DNA of 62,534 bases, the filler included, from Limisphaerales bacterium (lineage in GTDB: Bacteria; Verrucomicrobiota; Verrucomicrobiia; Limisphaerales; SIBE01), in assembly GCA_044225505.1 (NCBI GenBank). It is 9 parts of 9 records of this genome, joined end to end, with 100 filler letters (N's around TTAATTAATTAA, not from the genome) between each part and the next. Parts side by side here need not be neighbours in the genome. Positions count along the whole stretch, not along the records: positions 55,681 to 59,113 come from JBGAIN010000324.1; positions 59,214 to 62,534 come from JBGAIN010000325.1; 7 more parts are not named here. One strand, written 5' to 3'. Both the position numbers and the translations under genes were made by a program. Below the pieces are notes generated by a model that did not search any database, was not told the origin of the DNA, and worked only from the letters and a program-made list of their open reading frames with translations. Below are positions 58,860 through 62,534 of the stretch, piece by piece (the first letter of the stretch is position 1; every line of letters begins with the position of its first letter).

Positions 58860-58950
58860 GTGGAGACTTCGAGAAAACAACGAGCGGCGGAGATTCAAGA
58901 TTCCATTCGCCAAATATTGTTCCGAGATTGGGATCCGATCGGAGTGTGTT
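58860..58950 (+). pseudogene. Cassette 7: interrupted WDPIGV-motif small protein
   Basis: IRQILFRDWDPIGV, then an abrupt switch to TCGAAGG(GGTC) repeats. Confidence 0.6.
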
Positions 58951-59113
58951 CCGATCGAAGGTCGAAGGGGTCTCGAAGGGGTCAGCCATTAGGGCCCTGG
59001 TCAACAAGAAAAAACGTTATCTATCCGATTTTTTCAAAACGGTTTTGCCGCAGCTTTTCCGACCCGAACTCTGCCAGCAGACACGAACCTGCGTTCTCGT
59101 TGCATGAATCGGA

Positions 59114-59213
59114 NNNNNNNNNNNNNNNNNNNNNNNNNNNNNNNNNNNNNNNNNNNNTTAATTAATTAANNNNNNNNNNNNNNNNNNNNNNNNNNNNNNN
59201 NNNNNNNNNNNNN
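59114..59213. other. Artificial contig linker
   Basis: N44-TTAATTAATTAA-N44. Confidence 0.99.
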
Positions 59214-59295
59214 CGAGCCATTAGAACCGACCGCGAGGTCAAGACAGGACTTGGGGCTTGCTCCCAGGAGAAAGCTGGATCGCTGCGGACTTACG

Positions 59296-60171
59296 TTATG
59301 GCTGCCACAAACGGAAATACCGCGCTGTGCCAGTTAGCGTGTTGGTTTGTCGCACGAAATCACCGTCCGCATAAATTACGGATTCGGACACGGCCCACGT
59401 GTTGGTCGCTCGCAGCAGAGTAGCAAACTGCGGAATCAGCCCGCGCGCCGCCGCCGGCCAGCTTAAGACGGTGCGATTCGACGCGCCGCGTCCGATGACG
59501 AGCGATTCTAGATGGTCTGCGGATGGCGCTCCCACGAATGCCACCGACATGACCGCTGCCATCGCGGTCATTCCTCTCGAATTCGGGTGCACGGTATCGG
59601 GAAACCACTCGGCATGGCCGGCCAGCTTGGTCTGCAGATCAATTTCATCCAAAACCAGCCGGGCCGCCAAGTCATGTACGATCGGCGTGATATTCGTGGC
59701 GACGACCCCTGGACTAATGTCGAACGCGCCCTTGTTGTAGACCGGGCAAGGGGTGCACACGATGATCCTGGGATGCGTTGGCAATTTGGCGTAACTCGCA
59801 ACGAGTTCTTCGTAATCGGCAACAAAGTTTGTGCTGTAGCGCCAGTTGTACGGTTTGGAATCATTGGTCCCCAATTGGATGATGACGACGTCCGGTTCCC
59901 AGGTAAGGCTCGTTTTGAAGTTTGCTTCGTTCCAGTAAGGATAGTCTCCCTTCTTCAAGAGCGTCCGGCCGCTCACGCCAAAGTTGCGGACGACATAATT
60001 GGTGCCAAGCAGACGTCCCAATTTGGCCGGGTAGCTCTCTGTGCTTGGATTGGACAAACCCGCTCCCTCCGTGATGCTATCGCCGATACATGCAATCCGG
60101 ATGGGGACACCCCAGGTGGAACTCGACGCTAAGAGACAGCCCAGGAGGCACAGTAATCGAAGTGTGGACAC
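59296..60171 (-). CDS. Secreted GDSL/SGNH esterase with C-terminal YFRL-ending domain
   Basis: Signal peptide; IACIGDSIT, NFGVSG, QLGTND and PDTVHP. Confidence 0.92.
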   Translation of the reverse strand: MSTLRLLCLLGCLLASSSTWGVPIRIACIGDSITEGAGLSNPSTESYPAKLGRLLGTNYVVRNFGVSGRTLLKKGDYPYWNEANFKTSLTWEPDVVIIQLGTNDSKPYNWRYSTNFVADYEELVASYAKLPTHPRIIVCTPCPVYNKGAFDISPGVVATNITPIVHDLAARLVLDEIDLQTKLAGHAEWFPDTVHPNSRGMTAMAAVMSVAFVGAPSADHLESLVIGRGASNRTVLSWPAAARGLIPQFATLLRATNTWAVSESVIYADGDFVRQTNTLTGTARYFRLWQP

Positions 60172-60869
60172 GTTCGAATCCTAGCCTCGTCATCCAGGGA
60201 GAGCAATCCTGGCCTATCCCAGGCCGCCACTCAGCCGCTTCGCTCGGATGCGGTCGGCGACATTGCCCGGCATTCGTAACTCTTTCCTCTGCGGTAGGTT
60301 TAGGCTCATGAAACGCATGATTGGTGACTTTTTGTCACCACCCGATCCTAGTTTTGGGGCCGGACCGTTCCCAAACCAAGCGTCCATTGCCCGATTTGTC
60401 GCACACTCTGTCCTCAATTTGTTGTCAACCTCTCCCTCCCACGCCCTAGAACGGAGTTTCCTTCACCTCAGACAGCCTCCAGACGGCCTGTAAACGGCTT
60501 GTTCACCGCGTCGCGAGGCTGTGAGCAAGCTGTCAGGGAGCCGTGACCAGCGAGCGACTAAGCGTCCCAGGCCGAATTCAGGGGGCGATCCAGGAGCAAT
60601 TTGCTCCGGACATGTGCGACAAATCTCGGCGAGGCAATCACTGTCTAAGGAACCGGCCGAGACGCCCAAGAGCCTCGATGCGACAGCGCACCTCCGCACG
60701 ATACGCTGTTCCGCGCCAGGCAATTTGTGCCCTCTTTTCCGGCCTGCGATTGTCGAAAAGCCATTGTGGTGGGCGAGGCCGGGTGCTGTTCTGAATCGGA
60801 ATGTGGCATCGTTATCAGAGCCTGTCCGCTGTGCCGTCGTTCGATTCATGCGCCTCGGCTGCTTCTCAA

Positions 60870-61130
60870 TCAGGACTTTGCTAACAGTTCCGCCCGATTG
60901 GATTCGAGGAAAGCTTGGACCGTCGCCATCGATGCTAGGTGCTTCCGCAACCCTTTCTGTTCGAGTTTTTTCGTCAGCTTGTAATGAACGAGCCTTTTCC
61001 CAGCATCGGTGATTAAAAGGTAGGTCTCACCGGTCTTCCAGATCTGACCCTTTTCCAGCGCGGCGATCTGGGGGGAGGTTGCTGGATCGCTCGTCGCATT
61101 CCATCGCGGGGTCTCAAAGGCCTTCTTCAT
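60870..61130 (-). CDS. Small conserved hypothetical protein
   Basis: LEKGQIWK...GKRLVHYK...VQAFLESNRAEL; ATG at 61130. Confidence 0.65.
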   Translation of the reverse strand: MKKAFETPRWNATSDPATSPQIAALEKGQIWKTGETYLLITDAGKRLVHYKLTKKLEQKGLRKHLASMATVQAFLESNRAELLAKS

Positions 61131-61167
61131 ATCGGAGCATATACTGAAAAACCGAGCGATGTCAGGC

Positions 61168-61322
61168 TCATTCGCGAAGACCTCTCGGAGTGATGCCTCG
61201 CCGAACAAAATCATCTTCGACAAGCACACCTCTTTTACGGATCTATCCACCTCTCTAAGTTGGCATTCAAATTCGGACTTCGCGCCCGCAATTTCACGGT
61301 CTTGATGCCGACAGCTTTCAAG
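61168..61322 (-). pseudogene. DDE integrase-core (rve-type) transposase remnant
   Basis: GIKTVKLRARSPNLNANLERWI / frameshift / RSVKEVCLSKMILFGEASLR. Confidence 0.75.
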
Positions 61323-61857
61323 GCACACTGATGACGGGAGATTGTCCGGTCGGGCCGCGCCAGGAACGCCAGTGTGTGGTAACGGCTAATCCGTCGGGGC
61401 TGCCCAGGGGCGACCAATCCTGGTCCTCGGGTAGTTTCACCAGAGTGTTGGTCTGGAAGAATTCGCTTTCCGGGGAAACCACAGGGCCTGGATATGCCTT
61501 GCGCGCAACGCGGGCCACGCGGATTTGATTCAACGTCTGTTTGAGTTCTGGTGAGTAAGTTTCCAGGTATGCAACGCGCAGTTTCGCTGGGTCTTTTGAT
61601 GGCGAACCGAACGCCACGACAAAGGCACGAACCCCGTCACCGCCCTTGCCACCGATGCCCGGGTGGGGTGGAATGGTGTCGCTTGGCACGGCATAGAGGC
61701 GCTTCTCGCTTTGGTCATAAAACCAAACGCGAGCTCCCTCTTCGCCAGAGCGCGCGAAGGCACGAACACGCGATATGACAAGAGCGATAGCAGCGGTCGC
61801 CAACGCGACGGCGAAGGCAAGTTTAAGGAAGGACTTAAGTTGAGCATTCACGGCCAA
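61318..61857 (-). CDS. Hypothetical protein with N-terminal TM anchor
   Basis: 179 aa; VWFYD...IPP...DGVRA...AYLETYSPE; 21 bp downstream of the H-X9-DG gene. Confidence 0.75.
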   Translation of the reverse strand: MAVNAQLKSFLKLAFAVALATAAIALVISRVRAFARSGEEGARVWFYDQSEKRLYAVPSDTIPPHPGIGGKGGDGVRAFVVAFGSPSKDPAKLRVAYLETYSPELKQTLNQIRVARVARKAYPGPVVSPESEFFQTNTLVKLPEDQDWSPLGSPDGLAVTTHWRSWRGPTGQSPVISVP

Positions 61858-61878
61858 ACAAACGAAATTATGGCGAAC

Positions 61879-62532
61879 TTACCGCAGCATATCGCCATGC
61901 ATGTGGAGGTTTAGCGACCACCAGCATTCTTCCGCGTCACAACGAATATCGTTGGCGTTGTAAGCCGCTGCATGACCGTCTGCAAAAACGTAATTGGCGC
62001 GCCCGTGGTGGCGCCGGCACCCGTAATCATCCTGGAGGAGTCGGTTGAAACCTGGCGAATACTGCTGGTTGTTGGCCGTCGCCGTGGATTTGATCCAGCA
62101 GTTGTCATCCGCCCAGAGAGCGGATGTGCCACTGCCGCCGTCACCAAACCAGATCAGTTTTCCAGGGCTTGAAATCTCAGTGGTCTTCGCCAGCCCTTCG
62201 AGGTAACCAGATTCGGTGGGACGCCCGAAGGGCATGGCCTTGGGCTGCGACGCGACATTGGGGTCCTTCCTTCGTTTCCAATGGGCACCGGCAATGCCAA
62301 TGCCGCTGGCGTTCCACCGCTCGTACGGGTGGTGGACGCCATACAAGTGGTTCCAATCCGTGCTGCCGTCCAGGGGTAAGCCGCCGTAAGCAGCATCGTT
62401 CGGCGAAAGCCCGTCGGCGTAGACTGCCTTCAACTCGGCTGGGCAATCATAAATCTTGGCCACACGTCCGGTATACTCCCAAAGAATGCATCGAAAAGTC
62501 GTTTCGACCTCCACGCCGTTGGGGTAGACGTA
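61879..62532 (-). CDS. H-X9-DG-CTERM (prepilin-type/DUF1559-like) protein, 5' end outside the window
   Basis: IYDCPA and RHHGRANYVFADGHA. Confidence 0.88.
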   Translation of the reverse strand, partial: YVYPNGVEVETTFRCILWEYTGRVAKIYDCPAELKAVYADGLSPNDAAYGGLPLDGSTDWNHLYGVHHPYERWNASGIGIAGAHWKRRKDPNVASQPKAMPFGRPTESGYLEGLAKTTEISSPGKLIWFGDGGSGTSALWADDNCWIKSTATANNQQYSPGFNRLLQDDYGCRRHHGRANYVFADGHAAAYNANDIRCDAEECWWSLNLHMHGDMLR

Positions 62533-62534
62533 AT

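Larger units (their letters stand above)
55681..58950 (+). mobile_element. Integron gene-cassette array (6 attC, 7 cassettes, no intI on the contig)
   Basis: Short co-oriented ORFs, each followed by a 90-129-bp imperfect palindrome bounded by AAC...GTT core sites. Confidence 0.92.

Noticed and set aside
4215..59213. Eight identical TTAATTAATTAA motifs flanked by N runs
   Set aside because: Artificial scaffold linkers, not biological repeats. Adjacency across them is meaningless, and ORFs ending in X...LIN are artefacts.
60200..60860. 650-bp gap with several short ORFs
   Set aside because: No recognisable protein motif, RNA family or convincing repeat structure.

Overview
This window is not one continuous locus. 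It is nine contigs joined by eight artificial 100-bp linkers (44 N + TTAATTAATTAA + 44 N), so gene neighbourhoods only mean something within a contig. Gene content (CotH kinases, prepilin-type/H-X9-DG proteins, Tat-exported Gfo/Idh/MocA and enolase-family enzymes, nrdR-hypothetical-HIT) suggests a Verrucomicrobia genome or MAG; contig 8405-12381 looks acidobacterial. Main highlights: (1) a five-gene operon at 40708-49475 (TolC, MFP, GAF-MFP, PqqD/M50-peptidase/MFP fusion, truncated SecA) that looks like a type-I-like secretion machine with no ABC or RND pump; (2) an integron cassette array at 55681-59113 with six attC sites, no integrase on the contig, one attC with a mutated core and one disrupted cassette; (3) an ECF sigma factor fused through a TM helix to a CotH kinase; (4) a histidine kinase with an ethylene-receptor-type binding domain; (5) the end of a KS-like/ACP/flavin-halogenase-like cluster; (6) a 1.8-kb gene-free, hairpin-rich region. 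There are also tRNA-Glu, several pseudogenes and a T4CP-bearing mobile-element fragment. All family calls come from motif recognition by eye, not from database searches.
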